64,000 nucleotides of DNA from the human T2T-CHM13v2.0 reference genome, Homo sapiens: assembly GCF_009914755.1 (NCBI RefSeq), contig NC_060939.1; one strand, written 5' to 3'. Position numbers and translations under genes: made by a program. Below are positions 15,609 to 32,125 of this stretch, one piece after another; positions within the stretch are counted from its first letter, which is position 1; each line of letters begins with the position of its first letter. The notes below the pieces were generated by a model that did no database searches, had not been told where the DNA came from, and saw only the letters and a list, made by a program, of their open reading frames with translations.

Positions 15609-15896
15609 TTACATAACTATAGCTACATTTATTTCCAAGAACCTACTTGTTATTGAAAATGTTTAATTACACTATCGATTTTTATTGTATACAGAAATGC
15701 AAATGACTTTTGCTACATTATCTTCGTAATTCTGTGTAGATTGAGTTTTCCATGTAGACTAACGTATGGTAAGTTAGCTTCTAATTATTAAGTTTTACTC
15801 ATTTTTTTAACTTCTGAATATACTAAGAAATCTGTACATTTCTTGTTTCTAATTTTAAAGACAGTGTTTTAACTACAACTTTTTCACTAATACGTA

Positions 15897-16180
15897 CAAT
15901 TGTCCCTTGGTGGGTATCAAGGTACTAGTTCTATGACTCCCATGGATACCATGATCTGCAGATGCTTACATCTCTTTTATCAAATGGCACAGTATTTGCA
16001 TATAACCTATGCACACCTTCATGTATGTTAAATCATCTCCAGATTCCTTGTAATCAATACAATGTAAGTGCTATGTAAATAGCTGTATCATGTTTTTAAA
16101 ATCTGTATTATTATTGTATCATTTTATATTTCTTTTTTCAAATCCAGTTGGTTGAACCCACAGATACAGAGGGCTGACTG
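15897..16180. mobile_element. MER2-family (TcMar-Tigger) DNA transposon
   Basis: AGTATTTGCATATAACCTATGCACA...TACAATGTAAGTGCTATGTAAATAG...GATACAGAGGGCTGACTG terminal repeat. Confidence 0.75.
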
Positions 16181-16571
16181 TTAAATCTATTGTAGTCTGT
16201 AGATACCATTCATCAAGTTAAAGAAGTCCCCTTCTGTTCCTAACTTGCTAAGTGTTTTATCATAAAACAGATATTCAGTGTTATTTATTTTCCTGCATCA
16301 ATTTAGATAATCAAATAACTTGACTTCCCTCATCTGTTAATGTGGTAAATTATATGAACAGATTTTCTAATGAACCGACTTTGCCCTCCTGTAACAGACT
16401 CAAGCTGGCTAGGATGTTATTACCATTTTTATACATTTGTGGCTTCAATTTGCTAATTTTTGTTTTAGATTTTCTGTTCCTATGTTTATGAGTGGGATAG
16501 TAAAATTAAAGGTCATTCTTATATTCTATTTGGATACCAAGATTATACCAGCCTCACAAAATGAGTAGGAA

Positions 16572-17039
16572 TGTATATTTGCTATTTATTGCTGTATAAT
16601 AAACTACTCAAAAACTTAATGGTTTAAACAAACATTTTTTATCTAATAGTTTCTGTGTCAGAAACTTAGGAGTCACTGAGGTGGGTGGGTTCTGTCTAAC
16701 AGTCTATCCCGAGGTTTCAGTCAGGATATCAGCAGGAGCTGCATTATCATTTCCAAGATGGATCACTCACACTGCAGGAGGCCTTATACCTCATCACAAG
16801 AGCCTCTCTGTGGGCTTCTTACCTCATGATGTGGTGGCTGCCTTCTGCCAGAACAAACAATTCAAGAGAGTGAAAATGGAGCTGCAGTGCCTTTTATGAA
16901 CTATGTTCTGAAGTCCCACACCACCATGTCTGCTTTTCTTCTGTTAGAATTGCATGATTAGGTCCAGCCCACACTCAAGGCAAGGGGAACAGGGCTCCAA
17001 AATATCAAGAGATTGTAAACATATTTTTTAACTACCACA
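16572..17039 (-). mobile_element. MLT1-family MaLR LTR
   Basis: TTGCTGTATAATAAACTACTCAAAAACTTAATGGTTTAAAC...CCAGCCCACACTCAAGG...ACTACCACA. Confidence 0.7.
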
Positions 17040-17682
17040 GAGAATTCCTTCCTAAGTTCTGAGTTTGTATAAGATTAGAATTATTTGTTCCTAGAATCTT
17101 GGGTAGATTTCACTTACAAAACTATGGTGATTTGGTATTTTCTTTGTGGGCAATTTTTAAAGAACTAACTCCATTTCCTTAATAGTTAAAGGGCAATTAA
17201 GTTTTCTAATACTGAAGTAATTTAAAGTATTCTTAGAATGCATCCATTGTATTCAAGTTTTAAAATTTATTGGCATCAAGTTGCTTATAATATTCTTATT
17301 TTCACCTCTGCTGCATCCATAGTTATGACTCATTTTTATTTCTAATATTATTTGCACCTACTTTTTTCTTGATCTGTCATTTCTGACCCCGGAACATTTA
17401 ATACGAGTTTGCAAAGAAACCAAATTAGATGCTACTGACCCTATCATACTTTAATTTTCTATTTAATCAATTTCTACCTCTTACCTTCTTTAGGTTAGTT
17501 CTGTTCATTTTTTATCTAAAATTCAAAGCTTAACTCATTAATTTTCAACTTTCCCCCCAAGTACAAGCCAGTTAAATCACAAATTTATAAATATCAATTA
17601 GCTACAACTACAAGTTCTGATGTGGAATCTTTTCATTATCATCAAATTTTCTACATCTTCTAATTTTTGTCATGATTTCTTC

Positions 17683-17812
17683 TTTCTTTTTTAAAAAATA
17701 TAGATAGGGTCTCGCTATGTTGCCCAGACTGGTCTCAAATTCCTGGCTCAAGTGATCCTCCTGTCAGCCTATAGAGTAGCAAGAATTACAGGCACACACC
17801 ACCATGCGTGGC
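17683..17812 (-). mobile_element. Alu monomer (FLAM-like)
   Basis: Single arm GGGTCTCGCTATGTTGCCCAGACTGGTCTC... Confidence 0.8.
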
Positions 17813-18795
17813 TCTATGGATATTCTTTGGAGGTATATTTTTAATTGCCAAGTATTTGCAGGTATTTTCCAACAATTTATTAACATAAAAATGGTTAAAA
17901 CAAAAAAAATTAGAAAGAATAGTACAACCAAAAACTATATGCTTCACCTATATTGACCATTGTCAAATTTATTTTCTTTCTATATAGACACATATGTACT
18001 ATAATACATTCATTTTGCTGCACTATTTTAATAGTTGTATACATTACAATACCTGACATCTCCTAAGAATAAGAAGACAAATGTATCTACTAAGAATAAG
18101 CAAAATCTCCTAAATAACAATTTCATTATGCCATCTAAAAACATTAACAATAATTCCACAATATATCATGCAGTCCACTTTCGCATTTTCCCTAATTATC
18201 TCAAGAATGTCTAACAGAGCTTTCACCCCTAGAACCAGATCAAATCTAGGTTCATACACTGTAAGGGGCTGTTACAACTTTTTTTTTTTTTTTCTACAAT
18301 ACTCCCTTTCTGAAGAGCCCAGGACAGTTGTCTTGAGAATGTCACATACTCTGAATTTGTGTGATTGCTTTCTCTTGATGTCATAAAGGAATGCATGTAC
18401 TATTATAAAACACACACTTTATAGACTTTATATAGACTTTATAGACTTTATATCCTTCATAATACATGGGCATCTTTTCCACTAAATGTTTTAACTTATG
18501 AGTCAGTATCCATACAACTTGAGTACTAGTTATGAAGTCTGACTACACATTAGCTGAAGTGCATGATATGTACAATTTATTTAATTATAGCTTTAGTTGT
18601 ACACAGTTTTAATGATATGCATAGCTGTTATTTGGTAGCAACATATTCAGGCATAAATGCTAAATAACTCATGAAATGACAGTAATCCATATTCTTTCAC
18701 TCAATCGAGCCAATCTGTCGTGTTTTACCTTTGATTTTTATTAGTTCTCCACCTGGGAGACTGGCGAAAACCCAGCGAGCATTATGTAAGGATAT

Positions 18796-19423
<628 letters not shown>

Positions 19424-20219
19424 CTCGCTGTATGGCATCTAGGCCTCTAGAGGTGAGGAGGCATGGCAGTAGTTATTCTATTAGGAAAAGCGGAAAGCCA
19501 ACTTTAACAGCATGTGTAGCGAGCAACAAAGAAGGCGATAATCACCTCCATCCAAACCAAGCAAAAAAACTCTCTCAAATAATAATGGTATCATGTATTG
19601 AGTGCCAATACATTGTGCTTTATGTACATTACTTGCAAAATGAGGTACAAATACAAATCTAGAAATGAAACCAGGACTGAAATCCATGTCTGTCTTATTA
19701 CAAACCTACAATTCCCACTACACACCAATATCAGATAACAGAGAGATCGAATTGCACAATTAGAGAATAAATGTATATTACAACAGTGAATAAACAAATG
19801 GAAATGAGTGAAGGAATCAAATTAGATAAAAAAGTAGTGAGCAGGATGACACTGGGAGAAAAAGAGTGAAAACATACAAACATTAATACCTTCTGGGGTT
19901 TATTATAAAAAGTTAAAGTGTAATAATTTCTTAATTAATTGACAAGACTACAAAATTAACTTTTACTTCTCCCTTTAGTTAAATCAGTTCTTACTTCATA
20001 TACATTGACACTCCAATATTAGATATAAATAAATATTTAGGATTTTATGTTTTTCTGATGACTGGTACTTTTATCATCAAGATATATCCACTTTATCACT
20101 GGCAATAATCTTTATCCTGAAGACTATTTTGTCTGGTATTAATAGAGCCACTCCAGCTTTCTAATGGTTAGTGTTTGCTTAGTACATGTTTTTTCCATCC
20201 TTTTATATTTATTGTAAAT

Positions 20220-22267
<2,048 letters not shown>

Positions 22268-25200
22268 TTATATTTATTCCAAATCTTTATATTTAAATAT
22301 AATATACACTTTAAAGTATATCTCTTGTAGACAGTATATAGTTGGAGCTTGCTCTTTTATCTAGTCTGAAAATCTCTGCCTTATAACCATAATGTTTAAC
22401 CCATTTAAAGTAATTATTAATGATTAAGTTAATGGTCTTGTTTTTTATTCATTCTGTTCCACTGTTCCTCATTTCCTGTCTTCTTTATTATTCATCTGAT
22501 ATTTTTTAGTATTCCATTTTATCACCTCTATTGGCTTTTTACCTGTACCACTTTGACAATTGCTCTAGGAATTACAATATATATCCTTAATCTATCACAG
22601 TCTACCTTCACTTAATATTGTAAGTTCATCATCTTACAACAGTGCAATTCAATCTGTCTTACTACTGTTCTCTGTGCTGTTTCACGATCTTTTACTTCTA
22701 CATGATATAAACATTGTTAACATTTTTGCATTAAACAAAAAACTGTCTTTCACAGAAAATATGTACTTTAAAAAAGTCATTTATATTCTCCTACAGAGAG
22801 ATCAATTCTGGTTCTCTTCACCCCTTCATTTGATCTGAGTTTCTGACTGGCATCAGTTTCCTTGAGACTGAAGGACTTATTTTAGCATTATTTACAGTGA
22901 AAGTCTGATGGTGATGAATTCTTTTAGCTTTTGCTCATCTCAAAATGTCTATTTTGTTTACATTTCAGAAATATATTTTTGTTTGATTTAAATTTCCAGA
23001 TTGACAACTTTTTCTTTCAGCACTTAAAAGGTTCCATTGTCTTCTAGCCTCCATTATTTCTGATGAGAAGTTGGTCTTCATTGCTGTTGTTTCCCTATGT
23101 ATATCACGTATCTTCCCCATTCCTGCCCCTCTAGCTGTCTTTAAGATGCTCTCTTTATTTTTAGTTTTAAGTAATTGTACTCGTTGTGCTACTATGATTT
23201 CTTTTGTGATTACTGGGATTGGTGTTTGCTGACCTCCAATGATATGTGGGTTTTCTTCAAATTCATAAATCTTTCAATAATCATATCTTCAAATTATTTT
23301 TCTGCTCCAGTATCTATTCTTCTGGGACTCCAATTACACATATATTGGCCCACGAGTCACAGAGACTTGTTCATTTCTTTTTCCTCTCCTTTTTTCTCTC
23401 TGTAGTTAACTTCAGTGAAGTTTTCTTCGTAGTTTCCAATCTGTCATTTAGCATATTCAGTGAATTTTTCATTTCAGATATTACATTTTTTGTTCTAGGT
23501 TTTCCATTTGATTCTTATTTAGAGCTCTACTTTGGCTGATATTCTCTATCTGTGCATGGATACTGTTCATCTTTTCCTTTAAATCTTTGAGCCTATTTAC
23601 CAGAGACAATATAAAATAGTTGGCTGCTAATTCCATGTCTCTGTCATCTCTGGGTCTATTTCTATTTTTTTCCCTATAGTTCCCTGCTTCTTCATTTGTT
23701 TAGTAATTTTTTATACAGCTGGTCATTGTGGGTACTATGTTGTGGAACATTTGGAATTCTTTTAAAGTATGTTTTGTTTTTGCATGAAGTTATTTACTGG
23801 CAGTTTAACCTAGTATTTTTAAAGGTTAGCTTTATGCTTTGTAGAATTGATCTAAAATAATTCTTACTCTATGGGTAAAGTAGCCCTAGTCTTTATGCTA
23901 TAGACATCCTGAAGTCTTAATTAATGCCCAAGGTGCTGAGCGAGACCTCTCCAATTTAGCTGTTTGAAATTATGTCTTTCAGCACTGTGTAATCTCCAGA
24001 ACCTCCTTTTGACTACAGGCCCCAACAGTTGTTCTTAGAAGAGACTGGCCCTGCACACGTGGAGTTCGGCATTCAGTTAAAGATTCAGAATGATCCCCAT
24101 AAAGGTTTCTGAAGCTTCTCTAAGCAGCTCTCTTCCTTCCAGCAGAAGCCTTACAAATCCAACTGCTTCAGCAGCCATGCACTCCAATCACTGTTTCCTT
24201 CATCCTACTAAACCTCTAGTCTCTATTTGGGCATTATTTCCCTCAGCTACAGTTTGGATAGCCAGGGTGAGCTTACCTATTGGATTTCCCTTCTCCTAAG
24301 GATCATAGCCCTATGGTTGGCTATCTAATGCCAAATAAAACCCAGTTGCTTCATGTCTTTTATCCACTTTTACAGTTGATCATGGAGGGAGGGTAAGTTT
24401 AACACCCATTACCCCATTAAGGCTGGTCCTGGAAGTTAAAATGTATCAATTAATTTTTATATACTTTTAAAGTTTAATACATACTCATCAAGAAAACTGA
24501 AAAAATGAACAATTTTTCAAGAAATTAAAAAACCAAGCCCTACAAAGAGCATCTGTTTACTTCGGGTATATTTTCTTCTACTTATATATTTGTAACATCT
24601 TTCAAGACCATGATAAATGCTACCTCAGTTTACTTTATACTTTCGACTGTTTTGTTTTGTTTTTTCCCCCATTTAACATATGAATTTGAAGAAAACCCAC
24701 ATATCAGTGGAGGTCAGCAAACACCAATCCCAGTAATCACAAAAGATAAAACTAGTTTTTTTTCCCATTTAGCATTGCATGGTGGACATTTTCTCAAGAC
24801 ATTATACATAAACAACAGAATCTTTTTACAGCTATACAGTAAAATCCTGGCGTAATTTAAAAATAATAAGCAGTCTTTTTTTTTTTTGAAGGATAACCTT
24901 CAGGGATAGGCAAATAACATAAATGTGTGATGCAGCTGGACCTAATATAAATAAGATGTGGTGGGCCATGTAGTAAAATGGAACAAGTTGAAGGCATTCA
25001 CATTAAAATTTTTGTAAAATTTTGTAAAATGAACGGTGCCAGTCCTGGTAAGGGAACCGTGTGTAAGAGAAAGGAGGATAGAGAAGATAAGCTGAAAACT
25101 CAAGTTGCAAAGAAATTATGAAGTATTTTAATTCTGTAAGCAAGCAATTTTAAAGTAAGTATTTTTAATGTAAACTGTTCATCTCAGAAAGGCTAAAAAA

Positions 25201-25314
25201 CACATTAAAAAGAAGAAAATAAATATTTTGAAAACTGTATCATCACTCCCAACATTAACAAAAAGCAACATTTTTTGGTGTATTTTTCTTCCACTCTCTT
25301 TTGCCAAGATTAGG

Positions 25315-25318
<4 letters not shown>

Positions 25319-25352
<34 letters not shown>
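25319..25352. repeat. (TG)17 microsatellite
   Basis: Read directly. Confidence 0.97.
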
Positions 25353-25356
<4 letters not shown>

Positions 25357-26422
25357 TCTCTGTGTAAAACTGTATTAACTATATGGCATTTTTTAACCCC
25401 ACTAATATTTTAACAAAAGAATTTACTAACGTAGTTACATGAAGTCGTTAAACATTTTAATGACTACATAGCCATTCACATTTTCCCATTTTCCTCTGTC
25501 CTGTCTTTTAATAGGGATTCAGTATAAGTGAAAAAAACACCTAAGTTTTTTTGGGGGTTTTCATTATAAGTAGTAACTTCTATTTTCACTTGTTTGTTCT
25601 GAGATGTCTTCTACTTAATAGAGAAAACTTTTCATTCTATCAGAAGTTCATTTCTATTTTGTCCTACTTTTTGAAAATCATCCCACTGTTGTTTGCATTT
25701 AACTATGTATTCATCTGGAATTCTGTTGATAACTGTTAGGGGTTGAGGCTAATTTATTCTCTCTCTCTGCCTGTTTAAACAGCTAACCAACTGCACTAAT
25801 ACCATTTCTTAAATAATCCTCCTGCTGATTTGTTGATGCCTCCTTTATCACTGATTTGTATTAGTATTATAACAAAAATACTACTTAAGATTCTGAATAA
25901 AAAAAGAACAAGAACAGCAGTAACAAACAAGATTTCACAATTAGATATTACTGAATGTAACATTTTTACATTTGGAACTCAAGGGATGAACAACTGTAGT
26001 CCAAAACAGCCAAAATATGCAGGTCTAAAATATAATTGTTTTGTTTTTTAATCTGCCACAATAACTCCAGAGCCCATTTATCTCTTTTAAGTCATAGCAA
26101 AGATTAACACATGTAACCTCAGCTATATAAACAAGTAACAAACACTGTACAACTGACATCCCAAAACAATTTCTTATAAAACTGGATTTCTCTTGCTGGG
26201 TTTCAGTTACAGTCCCTCATGGGTCATTGTCTTCATTATGGAAAGCCCTGTCTGAGCTACCTCTCCATTGTTTATACTGCACTGCCAGTGCTGGAATATG
26301 CACTCCAACTTACTTAAAAACTGATTTTAAACAATTATAGAGATTTTATTCTATTATTTAAAGCAAGACATAAATCGTACTTCTCTCCAAATAGGCTGAA
26401 AATGTAGGTAATTCACAACATT

Positions 26423-26486
26423 TCACATCTCACTTTAGAAGTCAGGAATCCCAATCACATCTCACTTTAGAAGTTAGGAACTCCAA
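26423..26486. repeat. 32-bp tandem duplication
   Basis: TCACATCTCACTTTAGAAGTCAGGAATCCCAA / TCACATCTCACTTTAGAAGTTAGGAACTCCAA. Confidence 0.92.
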
Positions 26487-28129
26487 AATGTCTTTCTAGC
26501 TTAATTCCTCTCTGCCTTCAACAGGTGCCTGCAACAGGTTGAAATTTGGTATCTTTATATCTGGAGACTACAAGCAAGTAAACTATCTAGCATAACCGTT
26601 TCCTTCTATAAACCTGCTTGCTGACTCACATCTTCCCTATAGGACATTATTAAATGATTTTGTAATAATATTTTTATATCAAAGGCTAATCACATATTTT
26701 CTTAGACAACCTAATTAAACTTTGAAACAACCTAATAAAAAGCTGTTAACTTCTCAGATTCTAAATGTTAAAAGCAGACACAATACTTTTATAAATTATA
26801 TGAATAACTATTTTCTTTTATGATGGGAGAGGAAGTGGAAGACAGAGAAAAAATATAAAAAGAGGACGGGAAAAGGGTAAGAACAAGAGAGGAAAAACAA
26901 GAAAACAAAAAGGGGATGGAGAAAAATTCAAGGAGCAACAAAAGACAGGGAGACAAAATAGGAGGTTCTGAATTTTCCACTACAAACACTCTGTACTACA
27001 GAAGTGTTGAGGAAATACTTCCTTTCACAATTTATTGGCTATTATCTTGTGTCTTTAGACTAGATAAAAATGTAATCCATATTTATTAAACACAAGCTTT
27101 AAAGGAGATGTAATAATACACCAATGCAAATATTTTGGGGCCACCTACAGAGTCTACCTATCATAGTGACTATCAGGAAAGGTGGGGAATTCATGATTAA
27201 CTAAAAGAGTAAAAGGAAATACAAATGTAGGTATTCAACAGGAATACCTACTAGTTACCCAGAGGGAAGTCATGTAAAGAAGGATTAAAAGCAAGAAATA
27301 CCTTTGGAAAGAGTGACAAACAGATACAGTACACCCTAGGGGAAATTAGTTCAGGGAAACTGTTAAGTAACAAACTCTGATCATCATTTTCAGGAAGCCA
27401 AAGACTGGGCACTTAATTTCAGAGGCAGAGCTGGAGGAAAAAGAACAAAGTGATAAAAGGAGCTGAGAAAGAAAACCCAGGCTTAAATGGGCTAGAAGCA
27501 AAGATGGAATAAGAAAGTAATACAGAGAGAAAACTGTAAATACTTAAGCATTGTGATAAGACCTGCTATTTAATAAAAGTGGGACCCTGATGTAAATTAC
27601 CCACTACTTTTCAAGTTTGTACCCAATGATTTCCTTATTACCATGAATATAATGAAAGCTATAAATAGCTGAAACCCTTTACTGAGGAAGGGCATCAAAA
27701 GTAAACTGCAGCCCCAAAGAAAGGTAGCACCCAAAACTCGGATGGGAGTGGGAGTGGCCAACCATCAAAGAACAAAAGGGAGCTTGCTTTCTGTTTGGAG
27801 GTTCCTCAAATCTATTTAATACAGGAAAAACTCTTTGGTATGTAAATTATCTCAATCAACCTGTTTTAAAAAAATCAGAATCCACATAAGAAGTGCTCAA
27901 TAATTACTTGTAAAATTAATTCTAAGTAGAAAAATTAAGTGGTTTATACATAACACTGGCACCAAATATGGCCATTTCCTCTTCACCTCTGTAATTTAAG
28001 CACTTTGCCACTGGCTTATAGTATTTTGCAAAGGTTCTCAGCTTCAGTGTTACAACACATTCATGAAATATATTACAAGTAATTGGTTACTAAATGATAA
28101 AATGAAATTGGTTACTGTAAAGGATAAAC

Positions 28130-29410
28130 TTGCAGACAACATATAGTTGAGTCTTGTTTTTTTATCCACTCTGACAGTCTTTTAATTGGTGTTATTTAAA
28201 ACATCCACACTTGAAATGATTACTGATATAACTGAATTGATATGGACCATATCTTTAACTTTTTACTATTCATTGACCATGTTGTTTCCATTTCTCTTTT
28301 GTCTTCCATTCTGAATTTGAGCATTTTATATGATTCCATATTCTCAAGTCTCTTAGCAACCAATTACACTTCCTTTATTAACAATTTTTTTTTATTGGTT
28401 GCTCTAGAGTTTGCAATATACATTTATGACTAATCCAAGTCCACTTTCAAATAACACTATACTGCTTCACGATTAGCGCAAGTACCTTAGAGTATTCTCA
28501 ATTCCTTCATCCCAGCAGTGAATGACACTGTTGTTATTCATTTCGCTTATCCATGAGCTGTACTCAATGAATACAGTGTTATTATTTTGAACTGTTATCT
28601 ATTAGATCAAGTAAATATAAGAAAAATAAAAGGTGTTATTTTATTTTCATTTATTTCTTCTCACTCTTCCTTTATATAGAACTGAATTGCTGACCTTTAT
28701 CATTTTCCTTCTCTCTGAAGACCTCTTCACATTTTGTGCAAGGCAGTTCTACCAGTTGACAAATTCCAAGTTTTGTTTCTCTGAGAAAGTCATTATTTCT
28801 CTTTCACTTTTGAAGAATAATTTTGCTGGATACAAAATTCTAGGTTGGCGGTTTTACTTTCTTTTTCTTCAACACCGATATTTCACTGCACTTTCTTCTT
28901 GCTTGCATGCTTTCTCAGTTCAAATATGATATAATTCTTATCTTTATTCCTCTGTAGGTACAGTGGTTTTTTTCTCTCTGGCTTTTCAAGATTTTCTCTA
29001 ATTTTCTACAGGTTGAGTAAAATATGCCTAGGCATATTTTTTTTTGGTATTTACCATGCTTGGTGTCCTCTGAGCTTCCTGGATTTGGTGTTTGTCATTA
29101 ATTCTGGGAAATCCTCAAGTTATTATTACTTCAAATATTTCTTCTGTTCCTTTCTTTCTTCCACTTCTGATATTCCCATTATGCTTATGTTACACCTTTT
29201 GTAATTAAACTATGGAATTGAACTATGGAATTATGTAATTGAACTATGTAAATGAACTATGGAACTATGTTCCATCTTTTTCATTCAACTGAAGCAGCAA
29301 ACCAAGCATCAGAACCAGACTCAGATATGACAGATTTTGGAATTATCAGACTGGGAACTTAAAAAAACTATGATTAAGACACTAAGTGCTCTAAAGAAAA
29401 AAGAAGATAA
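28130..29410 (-). mobile_element. L1MC/MD-like ORF1-region fragment with a terminal inverted piece (29290-29410 on +)
   Basis: 28130-29285 is the reverse-complement homolog of about 9750-10950. 29290-29410 matches about 9410-9520 in forward orientation. Confidence 0.7.
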
Positions 29411-29615
29411 TGATGACTAAACACTATGTGTTTAATTTTTTTCATCAGTTCATTTAATACACAATTACTGACACTAAAGATTTTAGTTTAGAGGAAAAGT
29501 GTATACTTACAATACTTTAAACTTTTAAAATGAGGCTGTAGGATTATATTCAAAAACATTAAAATTATGGAATTATGAATTCCACCTTGGAGGACTTAAG
29601 AATGATTGAAAATAA

Positions 29616-30077
29616 AGTAGTCCCCCCTCATTCTCGAGGGATATCTTCCAGTACCCCCAGTGGATGCCTGAAACCACAGATGGTACAGAACCCTATATAT
29701 ACTATGTTTTTTCCTGTACATACCTATAATAAAGCTTAATTTATAAATTAGGCATAGTAAGAGATAAACAATAACTAATGATTAATTGTAAGAACAAAAT
29801 AGAATAAATAGTAAAATAAGTAATTATAATACATAGTAAAATAAGGGTTACTTGAACATAGCACTACCATACACCTAACTGTGATGACTATCAAGTGACT
29901 AAAGGACAGGATGGAGCAGGATGGCACAAGATTTCATCACACTACTCAGATTAGGGAGCAATTTAAAACTCACAAATTTTTTTTCTGGTATTTTCCATTT
30001 AATATTTTTGGTCTGTGGTTGACTGCAAGTAACTGAAACTTCAGAAAGTGAAACTGCAGATAATGGGGGACTACCAT
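29616..30077 (+). mobile_element. MER44 (Tigger7-derived) DNA transposon
   Basis: Terminal inverted repeats GTAGTCCCCC...GGGGGACTAC; internal CCCCCAGTGGATGCCTGAAACC. Confidence 0.82.
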
Positions 30078-30084
30078 ACTATAA

Positions 30085-30389
<305 letters not shown>

Positions 30390-30422
30390 TGTTTTGTTTT
30401 TAAGAAGATGACTCCTCTAATC

Positions 30423-30610
30423 CAGTAGTTTCTCAAACTTCGGTTTCAGTTAGAGAATGAGACTCTCCCGGAAGACTCGTTAAAACAAACACTGCTAACC
30501 ATAGCCCAAGAGTTTCTGTTATAGCAATTCTGGGTTGGGGGAGCCCCCAAATTTAAATTTCTAACAAGTTCCCAGGTGGTGCTAATAGGGTCATAATTTG
30601 AGAACCACTG
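30423..30610. mobile_element. MER5A (hAT-Charlie)
   Basis: TIRs CAGTAGTTTCTCAAA...TTTGAGAACCACTG; internal TTTCTAACAAGTTCCCAGGTG. Confidence 0.82.
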
Positions 30611-31669
30611 CTGTAACCAAGTAGCACAATATAAAATACAATTTTAAAGCTGAAAGGGTCTTTAAAAGCAAGATCTTTGGACCCCTGCCCCCCACCCAAA
30701 AAGGAAGGAAGGAAAGAAAGCTCTACATCAGTAGCCAGGGTAGCCACTTGTATGAATTTGAAACACTTCAGGCCCTCACAGTTGTTTTCCTATTTTAGTC
30801 CTATTTCTTCCATACTTCCCAAATAAATCTACCTCCTTCCTTATCTGCCCTCACCGACAGGCTTCCTTTGCCACCTTCAGGCTTTGGCCATAACTCAAAC
30901 AAGTTATCTTAGCCTTGGGTCTTGTCTCCTAAAAAAAAATAGCTCAAACCCTCTGCTAGGACCAAACTTAAAAAAGCCATCTCCAATTCAATGTTAAGGG
31001 GTCTTTAAAATTCCAAGTTTATCTCTTGGGAACTAGGCTGGAATACAAAATAACTAACCAGTCCATAAAACCCTAACTACTGTTGTATACTCAGTCACGA
31101 AAGGTTGCTGAACCATGTGGTAGTCATCTGCTCAGTGGTTTTTAGATGAAGGACACAATGGCTTTCATTTGGAACACACATTATTAAATCTAGGTACATA
31201 GTGAAAGATATGGGATTGGGAAAACTGAAACTCTCAACAAATGATTACTTCAGTTTCACAAATGCAATTTTTAAAAGTATCAATTGCTGTTAAGTCCTTT
31301 ATTCTGTAAAGTGTAACATCAGTTTAATATCTTGTTTTGGGAGAAAATTACCACATTATGTTATCAAATACAGAAACAATATGTAGAAAAAAATAAAAGT
31401 GCCTCTAAGAATGCAGTAAACAAAAAAAGATATTCACTAGTACCTACCACTAGGTGAAAAATAAAAAGATGCAAAATTGTTGTCCCCACCTTCAAATAGC
31501 TTGTTTATTAGAACAGCACTGGAAAAAAAATGAGTGATTAAGTGATAAATTGTACAGAACTCACTACACACTATGAAGTCAAGAAAAGGTCAATGTGTAC
31601 TACAGTAGCTAACGAATGTTTCAGAGTACTTGAGCTATGGCTTCAACAATGATTAAGATGTAATTAAAT

Positions 31670-31846
31670 GGCTGGGCACAGTGGCTCACGCCTGTAATCC
31701 CAGCATTTTGGGAGGCCAAGGTGGGCAGACCACGAGGTCAGGAGATCAAGACCATCCTGGCTAACACAGTGTAACCCCAACTCTACTAAAAATACAAAAA
31801 CAAAATTAGCTGGGTGTGGTGGTGGGTGCCTGTAGTCCCAGCTACT
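31670..31846 (+). mobile_element. 3'-truncated, tailless Alu (AluY/Sc-like) with intact TSD
   Basis: Ends at CCCAGCTACT. Flanked by AGATGTAATTAAAT at 31656-31669 and 31847-31860. Confidence 0.93.
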
Positions 31847-32125
31847 AGATGTAATTAAATAGGGTTTGGAGACAAGGAAATGATGTAAAACAGAAAAGAT
31901 GTAAAGCAGGAATTAAAGTAGGATCACAGAATATAAGGCAAACAGTGAGATGCCTGAGGGACTGAAGTGGATGTTGAATGCTGGTGAATAGCAAGAAGGC
32001 TTATTTTGACTGCAATATACAGCATAGTGCAGTGGGGAAAAAGGACAAGGACACAGAACAGCTATGTTGCTGCTGTAATAATCCAGGAATGACATGGTGA
32101 AATACTGAATTATGGTCTTGGCAGT

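Noticed and set aside
18168-18181. ATGCAGTCCACTTT resembling part of the expected next RFX7 exon (KVDCI)
   Set aside because: The match is only about 14 nt, flanking codons and splice sites do not fit, and it lies in old repeat-like sequence.
29200-29270. CRISPR-like or designed repeat array
   Set aside because: Irregular 7-13 bp units without unique spacers, in eukaryotic L1 context.
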